A stretch of DNA of 64,000 nucleotides from Okamejei kenojei. Lineage: Eukaryota. A model generated the notes under the pieces. It was given only the letters and a program-made list of their open reading frames with translations, did no database searches and was not told the origin of the DNA. Shown piece by piece: positions 1 through 11,762 of this stretch (position 1 is its first letter; each line of letters begins with the position of its first letter). Made by a program: the position numbers and the translations under genes. The stretch lies in the NCBI GenBank assembly GCA_035221665.1, contig CM069142.1, positions 34,596,001-34,660,000 on the forward strand. The letters are read 5' to 3'.

Positions 1-330
1 GCCTTTCTCTAGGATGGAGATGTCCAACACTAGAGGGCGTAGCTTTGAGGTGTGAGGGGCAAAGTTGAAAGGTGATGTGCGGGCAAGTTTTTTTTACACA
101 GGGCGTGGGGGGTGCCTGGAACACACTGCCGCGGGTGGTGATGGAGGCTGATATGAAAGTGGTATTTTAGAGACTATTAGATAGGCACACAGGTATGCGG
201 GGAATGGATGGATATGGATCACAGAGTAGATTCGTTCAATCAGGAAAATGGGACTAGCTTAGATGGGGCATTTTGGTCGGCATGGGCCAGACTGGCTGAA
301 GGGCTTGTTTCCATGCTGTATGGCTCTATG
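1..330 (+). mobile_element. CR1/HER1-type LINE 3' fragment
   Basis: Typical CR1 3' end: agagggc..tttgaggtgtgagggg, tttacacag..ggtgcctggaac, terminal gaagggcttgtttccatgctgtat. Boundaries approximate. Confidence 0.75.
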
Positions 331-558
331 CATTTGGTGTTCATACCAGCATGTTGAAGGCTACCCAAGCGGAAGATGAGGTTCGGTTCTTTCAGCAGAG
401 AGACTGTGTGAAGTAATCGTTATTAATAGAAAACTGCTCAAAGACTTTCCATAATTTAATGGAAGAATCTTTTGAAGTAGGCCTCCAATCACACGAAGAC
501 TGCCTTATCTCAAGATCTAATGGATAAGCCAATGGAAAAAATAGTTTTTATATAAAAT

Positions 559-630
559 TCCGGATGCCCCAAGCACTTTACAGTCGATGAAGAACTTTTG
601 GAAGTATAGTCACTGTTGTAATTTAGGAAA
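559..630 (-). mobile_element. Ancient DeuSINE (AmnSINE1/SacSINE1-like) 3' relic
   Basis: Reverse complement reads tttcctaaattacaacagtgactatacttccaaaagttcttcatcgactgtaaagtgcttgggg, close to the DeuSINE 3' region as I recall it. Confidence 0.6.
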
Positions 631-819
631 TTAGCTTTATTTGACCTTTTTAACCTCAATGTTTAATTCAATGCATTGATAATATGTAGCAACATTTTAT
701 GATTGGATCACACATTGGCTTTGAGATGTCCCAAGTGTTTCATAGAACAGTGGAGCAGAGGAACAGGCCCTTCGGCCCGCAATGTCGGTGCTGAACACGA
801 TGCCAAGTTAATCTTCTGA

Positions 820-1470
820 GGCTGTTCCCTCTGATCCTAGACTCTCCCACTATTCGAAACATCCGCTACACATCCACATCCACTCTATCCAGGCCTTTCA
901 TTATCCGGTACGTTTCAATGAGTTCCCTCCTCATCCTTCTAAATTCCAGTGAGTACAGGCCCAGAGCGATCAAATGCTCATCATGTTAACCCAATCTTGG
1001 GATCATTCTTGTAAACAACCTCTGGACCCTATCAGCCAACACATCCTTCCACAGACACGGGGCCCAAAACTGCTCACTGCACCTACAGCATCTACAAGCC
1101 ATTATCATATCTGCCTCTACCACCACCTTGGAATCACATTCCAGACACACACCACCCTCTGTAAAAACAAAAAAAGACATGTGCTGCACATTCCTTTAAA
1201 CTTTGCCTGATCAACCTTAAAGCAATGGCCTCTAGTCTATGATATGTCCATCCTGTGGAAAATCCTGTCTATCCTATCTGTGCTTCTCATAATTTTGCCT
1301 ATCTATCTATGCCTCCCAATTTATAAACTTCTATCCTGTCTCCCATAAACCTCTGATGCTCTGGAGAAAACAATCCGAGTCTCTGCTCATACCCCCTAAT
1401 GCAGGCATCATTGTAAATCTTTTCTGCGCCATTTGCAAACCCTCCACTTCCTTTCCGTCAAGAGGTCACC
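820..1470 (-). mobile_element. CR1 LINE 3' fragments (two adjacent)
   Basis: Minus-strand CR1 ORF2 C-terminal peptide (QFWAPCLWKDVLADRVQRLFTRMIPRL) and 3'UTR motifs. Confidence 0.7.
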
Positions 1471-1494
1471 AGAACTGTTTCATTGGCTCATGAG

Positions 1495-2045
1495 TCAAGA
1501 GTGTTTAATTATCATATGTATCGAAAACGGAAAAGACTGATATTCTGACTTGCAGAAGCATAACAAATCTATAAACACATTACACAATGAACAAAAAAGT
1601 TAAATCAATTTTTGTTTAAAGCGATATTAGTGTAAAAAAGCCCAAAGTCTCTTGTGCGAACAAGACAATTCATGGTGTGTCACCCATCCTTTTTCTCCAG
1701 ACCTGCTGTCTCACCTGCTGAGATACTCCAGCACGTTGTGCCTATCATGGCTTGTACTTTAGTTGGTGTTTGTATTGTTCAAGAGCCTGATGGTTTTTGG
1801 GAGGAGGCTGTTCGTGAACCTGAAGGTCATGGTTTTCAGGCTCCGGTACCTTCTTCCCAAGTGAAAGATAGGAATGCGATGAAAGTGTTGCCAGTGTGGT
1901 GTGTGTCTTTGATGATGCTGGCTGCCTTTTTGAGGCTGCGCCTCCTGTCGATCCCTTTGATGGTGGGGAGGTTGGTCCTCGTGATGGACTGTGCAGTGTT
2001 CACCACTCTCTGTAATCTCCCTCATTCCTGTGCGTTCGAGCTGTG
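1495..2045 (-). mobile_element. Rex1/Babar LINE 3' fragment
   Basis: Minus-strand C-terminal peptide GRRYRSLKTMTFRFTNSLLPKTIRLLN and the (cttga)n-type tail. Confidence 0.7.
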
Positions 2046-2139
2046 CTTGCTGGAATGGAAGGTGCTCCCAACTAAATACTGTTTGCCAGTAACTTCCTGT
2101 TCAATTAAATGTCTTCAAAAGGATGTCACAAGTGCGAAA

Positions 2140-2615
2140 GGGCACGGAGAAGATTTACGAGGATGTTGCCACGACTCGAGGGCTTGAGCTATGGGGAGAG
2201 GTTGAGCAGACTTTACCCCTAGGAGTGCAGGAAAAGACAGATGATCTTATAGAGGTGTACAAAATCACGAGAGGAATAGATAGGGTAGACGCACATTCTC
2301 CTGCCCAGAGTAAGGGAATCAAGAACCAAAGGACATGGGGTTAAGGTGAGAGGGGAAAGATTTAATAGGAACCTGAGGGGTACCTTTTTCACATAAAGGG
2401 GGATGGGTGCATGGAACGAGCTGCTGGAGGGGATAGTTGAGGCAGATGCTTTTGCAACGTTTAAGAAACCTTTAGACAGGTACATTGATAGGACAGGTTT
2501 ATAGGGATATGGACCAAATGCAGGCAGGTGGGACTAGTGTAGATGGGGCATGTTGGCCGGTGTGGGCAGGTTAGTCCGAAGAGCCTGTTTCTTTGCAGTA
2601 TGACTCAATTACTCT
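2140..2615 (+). mobile_element. CR1 LINE 3' fragment
   Basis: agatttacgaggatgttgcc, the DLIEVYKITRGIDRVD peptide and the CR1 3'UTR. Confidence 0.75.
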
Positions 2616-2932
2616 AAGACAATAATCCTCTTTTATCTTATGTGGAAAATACCATAGAGATACTCTGTTCGCCCCATCTTATCTTCATAGGTTGTGTTTA
2701 TTTTTAATTATTAAAGGAATGTAATGGAATCTCTTAGGCTGCTGACTTAATGTGCATTAGGTAATGCAAAAACTGTGTTGCAATTAATGCGCAGTTGACT
2801 ATACACAGAGATCCATCATGATGTTAATTTTAAGTTTATGTAACACAACTGGCGAATATTCTCCCATGGGTACACAAAAGGCTGGAGAAACTCAGCGGGT
2901 GCAGCAGCATCTAAGGAGCGAAGGAGATAGGC

Positions 2933-2960
2933 GACGTTTCGGGTCGAGACCCTTCTTCAG
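2933..2960 (-). ncRNA. Minimal type-I hammerhead ribozyme motif in a Penelope pseudo-LTR fragment (2867-2961)
   Basis: Minus strand CUGAAGA-A-GGGUCUCGACCC-GAAAC-GUC: conserved core, perfect helix II and GUC cleavage triplet. Confidence 0.65.
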
Positions 2961-3211
2961 ATGGACTGAATGGCCTAATTCTGCTCCTAGAACGTATGAA
3001 CTCGTCAGCCATGCCAAATATAGCATTAAGATGGAAAGAGTGAAGAGAAGACTTACGAGGATGTTGGCAGGACTTGAGGGAAAGGTTGCGTAGGCTAGGA
3101 CTTTATTCCTTGGAGGGCAGAAGGCTGAGGAGTATAAAACCATGATGGGATTTGTTTGGGCAAATGTATAGAGTCTTCTTACCCAGGGTGGGGGAATCAA
3201 AAACCAGAGGA

Positions 3212-3445
3212 CACACAGTGACGCAGTTTGTAGAGCTGCTGCCTCAGAGGGCCAGAAACTGGTTCAATCCTAATCTCGGGTGTTGTCTGTGTGGAATTTG
3301 CTCATTGTCCCTGTGATTGTGTGGGTTTCCTTATGGTGCCTGAAGACACAAAGACATGCAGGTTGGTATGTTAATTGGCCGTCTGTACATTGCCTTCTAG
3401 AGTGTAGGGAGTGGATGAGAAAATCGGATAACATAGAACTAGTGT
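3212..3445 (+). mobile_element. HE1-like V-SINE (truncated by a Penelope pLTR piece)
   Basis: tRNA-derived head (cagtgacgcag..tagagctgctgcctca..ggttcaatcct), central gtgggtttcc..gttaattggc domain. Confidence 0.75.
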
Positions 3446-4667
3446 GGGTACACAAAATGCTGGAGAAACTCAGCGGGGGCAGCAGCATCTATGGAGCGAG
3501 GGAGATAGGCAACGTCTCGGGCCGAAACCCTTCTTCAGACTGATCAGTGGCAGGGGCAGATTTTAATATAAATCTGAGGGGCAACGTTTTTACACAGAGG
3601 GTTGTGGGTATGTGGAACGAGCAGCCAGAGGAGGTAGTTGAGCCAGGTACTATAACAACATTTAAAAGACTCAAGATACATGGATAGTAATGGTTTAGAG
3701 GGATATGGGCCCAATCAGGACTAGCTTACATTGTGTTCTTGGTTGGGATGGATGGATTGGGCAGAAGGGCTTGTTTCCGAGCTTTATGACTCTATATTCT
3801 TGCTTTATGCTCATAAATCTTAAACCTATTCCCAACCATAATCCACTCACCAGGCAGCAACTATCACTATAGTGAACCTATGAGGGAGTGGCAAGGCTGA
3901 GAGGGAGATCCTAGTAGCATCGTGCACAAGAACAGGCCCTGCAGCCCACAATGCCTGTGCCGAGCATGATGCCAAGTTAAACTAATCTTCTTTGTGACTA
4001 ATCCAAATCCCTGCATATCCATGAGCCTATCTAAAAGTCTCTTAAACATCTCTATCGTATCTGCCTCCACCACCACCCCTGGCATCATGTTCCAAACACC
4101 CACCACCCTCTGTATAAAAATAAACTTGCCCCATACATCTCCTTTGAACTTTACCTCTCTGACCTTAAAGCTATGCCCGCTAGTCTTTGATATTTCTACC
4201 CAGAGGAAGAAGGTTCTGATTGTCCACACTACGTCTCGCATCATTTTATATACTGTATCTCTATCTAACCTCATGGGCAAAGTGTTAAAAATTATTTGAA
4301 GGAATTGTATTGCTTCATTTTTTGTTTTAAATAACATTTTTGCATCTTTTTCACTGAAAGAGCAAATGATCTTGTGTGATATTTTCAAATAAAGAATTTT
4401 TGCTTTGGCTGGTGAAATAAATCTGTGGGATTCGGATTGGCTTACTGTGGTTTGGGGACAGCTTTATCTGAATCTGAATGATTCCAATAATGCGCTCTTG
4501 TAAATTGTGGACACAAATGATTGCAATGAAGACAGTTGTTGTCTTCCCATCTGGTGAAAACAAGACAAGAGACTGCCCCTTGAGAATTAGTGGCTATTTT
4601 GGTACAGGTATGCTATTATCACGTGTACCGAGATACAGTGAAAAGCTTTTGTTTGCGTGCAAGGGTT

Positions 4668-5080
4668 GCACAATGACACAGCTGGTAGAGCTGCCGCCTC
4701 ACAGCGCCAATGACCCGGGTTCCATCTTGACCTCGGACGCTGCCGGTGTGGAGTTTGCACGTTGAGCCTGTGACCGTGTCAGTTTCCTCCGGGTGCTCCG
4801 GTTTCCTCCCACATCCCAAAGACGTGCGGGTTTTTAGGTTAATTGGCCGTCTATAAATTGCTGCTAGCTTTGTGTCTTTTTTTATAAACCAGCATCTGCA
4901 GTTCCTTGCTTCTACTTTTCATTGTACCTTGGCACATGTGGCAATAATAAACCTAAACCTAACATATCGGGTGTGGAGAGTAGACGGGAAAGTGGGATAA
5001 CATAGAACTAGTGTAACCAAGTGATTGACGGTCAGCATGGAATCGGTGGGGGCCGAAGGGCCTGTTTCCATGCTGTGTCG
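4668..5080 (+). mobile_element. HE1-like V-SINE, interrupted
   Basis: A/B-box head, V-domain and CR1-derived tail gaagggcctgtttccatgctgt. Interrupted around 4870-4960 by pLTR and Rex1 tail pieces. Confidence 0.75.
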
Positions 5081-5667
5081 TTCACTCATTAATTTATTCA
5101 TTTTGATTTAATGATTTAAAAAATATATATATTCTATGTTATCTATGTTTACAGCTCTGTTAAGCTGCAGCAAGTAAGAATTTGATTGTTCTGTTGTCGG
5201 TACATATGGCGATTAAACACTCTTGACTTGACTTCAAATCAAATTAAACTATGCATGAGTACAAACAAGCTACGTACAAGTACAACAGGGAAAGCAGAGA
5301 AAAAAATACCACAATGCAGAATATAGTCGTAGCGTGCGTTACTGTTATGGAGGAAAAGTCCAAGGTCCGCAATGGGATAAGTTGGTATTGATTTATTATC
5401 GTCACATGTGCTGAGATACACTGAAAAGCTTTGTTTGCATGCTGACCGATTAAATCTACATGGGTACAATCAAACCATACACAGAGAACGCAAGGAGTAA
5501 AGTACCAAAATATAGAGCAAAACACAAAATGTCGGAGGAACATTGGCCGAGGTCATAAGTCATAGGAGCAGAATTAGGTAATTCAGCCCATCGAGTTTGA
5601 ATCTACTCCACAGATCAGGCAGCATCTGTGGAGGGAATGGGGTGGCAACATTTTAGGGCTAGCTTGC

Positions 5668-5945
5668 TTTAGTTTTGAGATAAAGCACGGAAACAGGCTC
5701 GCCGGCCCACAGAGGCTGCGCCGACCAGCGATCCCCGCACACTAACACTATCCTACACACACTAAGGACAATTTACAATTATACCAAGCCTACTAGCCTA
5801 CAAACATGTACGTTTTTAGAGTGTGGGAGGATACTGGAAAAAACCCACGCAGTTCACAGGGAGAATGTACAAACTTGGTACAGACAGCACCCGTGGTCGG
5901 GATCTAACCCGTCTTTGGCGCTTCTGCTTCGCCACTGTGTTGCCC
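5668..5945 (-). mobile_element. HE1-like V-SINE
   Basis: Reverse-complement match to the same SINE consensus seen throughout the window. Confidence 0.75.
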
Positions 5946-7780
5946 TTCAGAATAAGTTCCATGCAGAGTATAGTTTTGCAGGTTGGAAGATTTGCAGAAC
6001 AACTCATCTGCCCCTCGCCTCATCATCCACCCCCCCCCCCCCCCCCCCCCCCCCCACCATTTAGTACGAACATGGCTAATCGAATTGCAACCTCATTTCC
6101 ACATTCCCATCTACCCTTGTAACCTCACTTTATCTCAAATCTATCACTGCCAAAGACACTGAGGTAGAACGGTGTGGATGGGAAAGGGTTGCAGGGATAC
6201 GTTTAGTTTTGTTTATTGTCACATGAGGAATATGGACTAAGTGCATCATGCTCGGCCAGTTCAATTGTAATCGTGTATTGTCTTTCCACTGACTGGTTTG
6301 CACGCAAGAAAAGCTTTTCACTGTACCTTGGTACACGTAACAATAAACTAAACTAAACGTTGTGGCTGAAGGGAAACTTTAAAGGGATATGGGTTGAATG
6401 TGGGCAAATGGGATTCGCTAAGATGGGGCATCCTGGTCAGCGAGGGCGAGTTGGACCAAAGGGCCTGTTTCTGTGCTGTATCTGCAAACAAAGCTAAGCT
6501 AAAATAATAGAAATAAGGAACTAGAGCGCTAGAGCAACTCTGTGAGTCAGGCAGCATCCCTGGAGAAAATGAGGGGTGACGTTTCTTCTTCAGACTACTT
6601 TTGTGCTCAGAAAATCTTTGGTCTCGCCAGTGTTCGATATAACTGAAGCATTGCCTTCATACTTTTGTATTCACCTCCTCAAGCCATAAACATAACATGT
6701 TAAAGAAGGAACTGCAGATGCTGGAGAATCGAGGGTACACAAAAGGCTGGAGAAACTCAGCGGGTGCAGCAGCATCTAAGGAGCGAAGGAGATAGGTGAC
6801 ATTTCGGGTCGAGACCCTTCTTCAGACTGGTCAGGGATCGGGGAAACGAGAGATATAGACGGTGATGTGGAGAGATAAAGAACAATGAATGAAAGATATG
6901 CAAAAAAGTATCGATGATAAAGGGAACAGGCCATTGTAAGTGTGAAAATGAGAAGCTAGTGCAACTTGGGTGGGGGAGAGAGAGAGAGGGAATGCCAGGG
7001 GCTCGAGGGCTGAGGGAGAGGTGGGAAGGGGAGGAGACAGCAGGGGTTAACAGAATTGAGAAAATTCAATGTTCAAGCCCAGAGGATGCAGACTCCCCAA
7101 GCGGAATATGAGGTGCTGTTCCTCCAACTTGCGGTGTTGCTCACTCTGGCCGTGGAGGAGGCCCAGGACCGAGAGGTCGGATACGGAATGGGAGGGGGAG
7201 TTGAAGTGCTGAGCCACCAGGAGGTCGGGTTGGTTATTGCGGACCGAGCGGAGGTGTTCGGCGAAACGATCGCCAAGCCTCTGCTTGGTCTCATCGATAT
7301 AGATCAGCTGGCATCTGGAGCAGCGGATGCAGTAGATGAGGTTGGAGGAGGTGCAGGTGAACCTCTGTCGGATCTGGAAGGACTGCTTGGGTCCCTGAAA
7401 GGAGTGGAGGGGGGAGGTGAAGGGACAAGTGTAGCATCTCTTGCGGTTACAAGGGAAGGGGTGGAGCGGGAGGGAGGGGAAGAATTGACAAGGGAGATGC
7501 GGAGGGAGCGGTCTTTGCGGAATAGGGGATGGAGTCCTTACAGGAAGCAGGTTTGGAGGAAGAGTAGTCCAGGTAGCTGTGGGAGTCAGTTGGTTTGTAG
7601 TGGATGTCAGTCAGGAGTGTATCACCTGCAATAGAGATGGTGAGGTCAAGGAATGGTAGGGAAATGTCGGAAATGGTCCAAGTGTCTTTGAGTGCCGGAT
7701 GGAAGTTGGTGGTGAAATGGCTGAAGTCAGTCAGTTGTGTGTGGGTGCAGGAGGTGACACCAAAGCAGTCGTCGATGTAA

Positions 7781-8150
7781 CATAGAAACATAGAAAACTA
7801 GGTGCAAGTAGGCCATTCAGCCCTTGCCTGCACCGCCATTCAATATGATCATGGCTGATCATCCAACTCAGTATCCGGCCTTCTCTCCATACCCTCTGAT
7901 CCCCTTAGCCACAAGGGCCACATCCAACTCACTCTTAAATATAGCCAATGAACTGGGTGGCAGAGAGTTCCAGACTCACCACTCTCTGTGTGAAAAAAGT
8001 CTTTCTCATCTCGGTCCTAAAGGATTTCCCCCTTATCCTTAAGCTGTGACCCCTTGTCCTGGACTTCCCCAACATCGGGAACAATCTTCCTGCATCTAGT
8101 GTCCAACCCCTTAAGAATTTTGTAAGTTTCTGTAAGTTTCTATAAGATCC
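7781..8150 (-). mobile_element. CR1 LINE 3' fragment nested in the Penelope RT
   Basis: (catagaaa)n tail and the LFPMLGKSRTRGHSLRIRG peptide; it splits the Penelope sequence DLYLC|YIDD. Confidence 0.85.
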
Positions 8151-8455
8151 ACAGAGGTAGAGGTCGGGGATGGGGCCCTGGTTTGCCGAGAACAAGGATT
8201 GTTCGACGTACCCGACAAAGAGGCAAGCGTAGCTGGGGCCCATGCGTGTGCCCATAGCTATGCCTTGTGTTTGGAGGAAATGGGAGGAGTCAAAAGAGAA
8301 GTTATTGAGGGTAAGCTTCTCATTTTCACACCACAAACAGCTTACAATGGCCTGTTTTCTTTATCATCGTTACTTTTTTGCATATCTTTCATTCATTGTT
8401 CTTTATCTCTCCACATCACCGTCTATATCTCTCGTTTCCCCGATCCCTAACCAGT

Positions 8456-8483
8456 CTGAAGAAGGGTCTCGACCCGAAACGTC
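8456..8483 (+). ncRNA. Minimal type-I hammerhead ribozyme motif (Penelope pLTR)
   Basis: ctgaagaagggtctcgacccgaaacgtc: intact CUGAnGA and GAAA core, helix II, GUC triplet. Confidence 0.65.
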
Positions 8484-8887
8484 GCCTATCTCCTTCGCTC
8501 CTTAGATGCTGCTGCACCCGCTGTGTTTCTCCAGCTTTGTGCACCCATAAACATAACATGTTGTCTTTCCTAATTAGTGCTGTAATGGCTTTTCTAATTA
8601 CCAGCAAACGAGCCTTTTGCAAATCGTGTACTTTGAAACACAGATCTCGCAAATCTCTGCCGTTTCTCATCATTTAGCTCATTATGATTCTTACCCAGAT
8701 AAGGGAAATCAAGAAGCGGAGGTCACATGTTTAAGGTGAGAGGGGCAAAATATATAAGGAACCATGAGAGGCATCCTCTTCACTCAGAGGATGGCAGGTA
8801 TATGGAACGAACTGCGAGAGGAGGTACTTGGGGCAGGTACTATAATCTATATCTATATCTATCTATATCTTTATCTATCTAACTATC

Positions 8888-9094
8888 NNNNNNNNNNNNN
8901 NNNNNNNNNNNNNNNNNNNNNNNNNNNNNNNNNNNNNNNNNNNNNNNNNNNNNNNNNNNNNNNNNNNNNNNNNNNNNNNNNNNNNNNNNNNNNNNNNNNN
9001 NNNNNNNNNNNNNNNNNNNNNNNNNNNNNNNNNNNNNNNNNNNNNNNNNNNNNNNNNNNNNNNNNNNNNNNNNNNNNNNNNNNNNNNNNNNNNN
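8888..9094. other. Assembly gap (N run)
   Basis: Run of n characters. Confidence 0.99.
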
Positions 9095-9250
9095 TTTGAT
9101 TTCATGGTTCGCCAAAACGACACTTTCAAACCCCGAGATATTTTCCATTTTGCCACACATTATACTTTTACATTCACCCATTCACTCCTCATTACAATTA
9201 GCCATTTTTATGTACACTTTTTAAAATACAATCCTTCACACCCCCCACCA

Positions 9251-9293
<43 letters not shown>

Positions 9294-10006
9294 ACACCCA
9301 CGCACACGCCCACACACACATGCACTCACTCATTTTGTGGCCTCCTGCTGGCCAGACACCATAACGGCAGCTGCTGCAGCCCGCTCTCTTCCAAAAACAC
9401 TGCCAATTTTCACGACTGAAGCACGTTCGGGGACCAGACCCAACGGGTCTGCACTTGGTCCAGTGTACTTTTAAAACTCATGTGTGTTTGTGTGTACTTT
9501 TAAAACTCATGTGTGTATTGTGTGCCAGCCACCATAACGGCTGCTGACGCCCGGCTCTCCTCGAAAAACGCTGAAATTTTTCCCAAGAAAACGCCAACAT
9601 TTTTCTCAACTGCTCCACTAACCCCCCCCTATCCCACCCCTGACCCGGCTCTGTCATGCTGGCTCAAGCCATTGGCTCTTCCCTCGCTGCTTTTCGCCGA
9701 AAGCTGCGGGGGAACAACCGATCTTTGGCTTGAGCCACCGTGACAGAGCCGGCGCGGCTGCCGCCCGGCTTACCTCCACTTCTCCCCCCCCCCCCCCCCC
9801 CCCACCCCCGGCGAAAAGCAGCGGTGGAACTGCCAATCTTTGGCTTCAGCCATCCTGACAAAGCTGGCGCCTCAACGGCCTCTCGGGCCACAGGCGCATT
9901 AAGGGCGTACGCAGCGTCTCGATGGTGTACGCAACGTCTCAAAGGTGTACGCAGCATCTCGACGGGTACGCCTGGCCCGCAGCCTCACTCAGCCATCACG
10001 CCCGCC

Positions 10007-10203
10007 NNNNNNNNNNNNNNNNNNNNNNNNNNNNNNNNNNNNNNNNNNNNNNNNNNNNNNNNNNNNNNNNNNNNNNNNNNNNNNNNNNNNNNNNNNNNNN
10101 NNNNNNNNNNNNNNNNNNNNNNNNNNNNNNNNNNNNNNNNNNNNNNNNNNNNNNNNNNNNNNNNNNNNNNNNNNNNNNNNNNNNNNNNNNNNNNNNNNNN
10201 NNN
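10007..10203. other. Assembly gap (N run)
   Basis: Run of n characters. Confidence 0.99.
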
Positions 10204-10563
10204 CCCCCCCCCCCCCCACTCTCCCCTCTCCCCTCCCTCTCCCCCCCCCCTCAACTGCACGTTTGGGGACCAGACCCAACGAGTCTGCACTTGGTCTAGT
10301 ATACTTTTAAAACTCTGTGTGTGGGTGTGGGTGGGTGCGTGTGTGTCATTTTGCCTTTGAAACGTATTTCCTCGAAAACCAGATGCAAAAACGTGGAGAT
10401 TTTTACAATTTTGGTAGGGATTTAACTTATGATTTCATAAATCCACCTCTCTAAATTCTGTCGATTAATACCCCAGATTTTGAATAAAGATGTTCACAAA
10501 ACTAACTTTTTCAAAAATAATTGCCGCTTGCCAGCTGCTGACGTCACCATGCCCACCTGCCTC

Positions 10564-10606
<43 letters not shown>

Positions 10607-11492
10607 CAGCTATGGATTAATGCAGCTGCTGTAACACACAATTTTCCACTAGGTACGTTCACCCACCCATCCCCCCCTGTTCTTCAAAAGGCGCAGAAAG
10701 ATCAAGAAAGTTCTGCAGAACAAAGACAGCTCATCTCCGCTACAGGATCTTTGTTCTGCAGATCTCGGGGTCAGCGGCGCCTCACGCGCTGAAACTTCTC
10801 ACTGCCGGCGCAGCTCGTGAAGCCCCGCCCGCCTGCACGCTCATTCCAGCTGTGGGTTTCCAGAGAGTCAGAAGCCGCTTCTCATATTATACATCGTTTG
10901 CCAGAGCTTTGCTCTCTCATTTATCCTCTCCCTGTCCCTTTGTAGTTTAATCAGCAGTCAAGTGTGTTTAATTGTCATATGTACCAAAAATGGAACAATT
11001 ACATTTTTACATCCCACAGCGCTGGCTCGAAGGGCCGAATGGCCTACTCCTGTACCTATTTTCTATGTTTTTATGTTTAACTGGCCTGTGAACATTATAA
11101 CGCACAGACAATATCTACAGCACAGAAACAGGCTCTTCAGCTCACAATGTCTGTCCCGAACATGAAGCCAAGACTATCATGTATCTGCCTGCACATAACC
11201 CATAACCCTCCATTCCTTGCATATCCATGTGCCTCTCTCAAACCCTCGTAAACGCCACAATCCAATTTACCTCCACTGCCACCCGCGGCAGCGAGTTCCA
11301 GGCACTCACTGCGTTCTGTGTAAAAGAAAAATGTCCCTGCACATCTGCTGTCAACTTTGTCCCTCACATGAAAGCAATGTCCTCTAATAAATATGGTTTG
11401 CAAGATAAAACTCGGGTTTACATGTGACTAACAATCTAAATCTAACATTGATATTATTTGACGGATCAGTTCTACTAAATTATAACAGATTT

Positions 11493-11762
11493 AGGGCAGC
11501 ACAGCGGCTAGAGCCTCTGCCTCACAGCGCCAGAGATCCAGGTTCGATCCTGACCTTGGCTGCTGGGTGGAGTTTGTACGTTCTCTCCGTGACCACATGG
11601 GTGTCCTCCAGGTGCTCCCGTTTCCTCCCACATCCCAAAGATGTGTGGATTTGTGGGTTAATTGGTCGTCTGTAAATTGCCCCACGTGTGTAGGGAGTGA
11701 ATGAGATAATGGGATAGACACAGAGCTGGTGGATTCAGTGGGCATGTATCTCTAAAACTAAA
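11493..11762 (+). mobile_element. HE1-like V-SINE
   Basis: Head gcacagcggctagagc..ggttcgatcc, V-domain, tail tatctctaaaactaaa. Confidence 0.8.

Larger units (their letters stand above)
6702..8544 (-). mobile_element. Penelope-like retroelement, 5'-truncated, with inverted pseudo-LTRs and an 18-bp TSD
   Basis: RT motifs QTQGIAMGTRMGPSYACLFVGYVEQ and LCYIDDCFG; GIY-YIG region (ETKQRLGDRFAEHLRSV). pLTR at ~6702-6960 is inverted relative to ~8315-8544. ccataaacataacatgtt is duplicated at 6684-6701 and 8545-8562. Confidence 0.9.
8846..10900 (+). mobile_element. Non-autonomous Helitron-like array with repeated 3' termini (spans two N gaps)
   Basis: A|TCTATATC start at 8846 inside a CR1 fragment. 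Hairpin cagaccc-aac-gggtctg followed by CCAG|T (9435-9463) and a one-mismatch copy followed by CTAG|T (10271-10299), each followed by tacttttaaaactc(gt)n. Right end uncertain. Confidence 0.55.

Noticed and set aside
4526-4607. ATG..ACAG|gtatgc phase-1 candidate leader exon (MKTVVVFPSGENKTRD..)
   Set aside because: The peptide is charged and unlike a signal peptide, and the donor lies at the edge of a LINE-tail fragment.
7056-7634. 192-aa plus-strand ORF
   Set aside because: It is the antisense shadow of the Penelope GIY-YIG coding region; the same shadow appears at 31149-31433.
9905-9970. Short regularly spaced repeats as a CRISPR-like array
   Set aside because: They are head-to-tail tandem 20-mers with no unique spacers, in eukaryotic DNA with no cas genes.
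8764-10360. ORFs containing long X runs
   Set aside because: They are open only because they cross N gaps.
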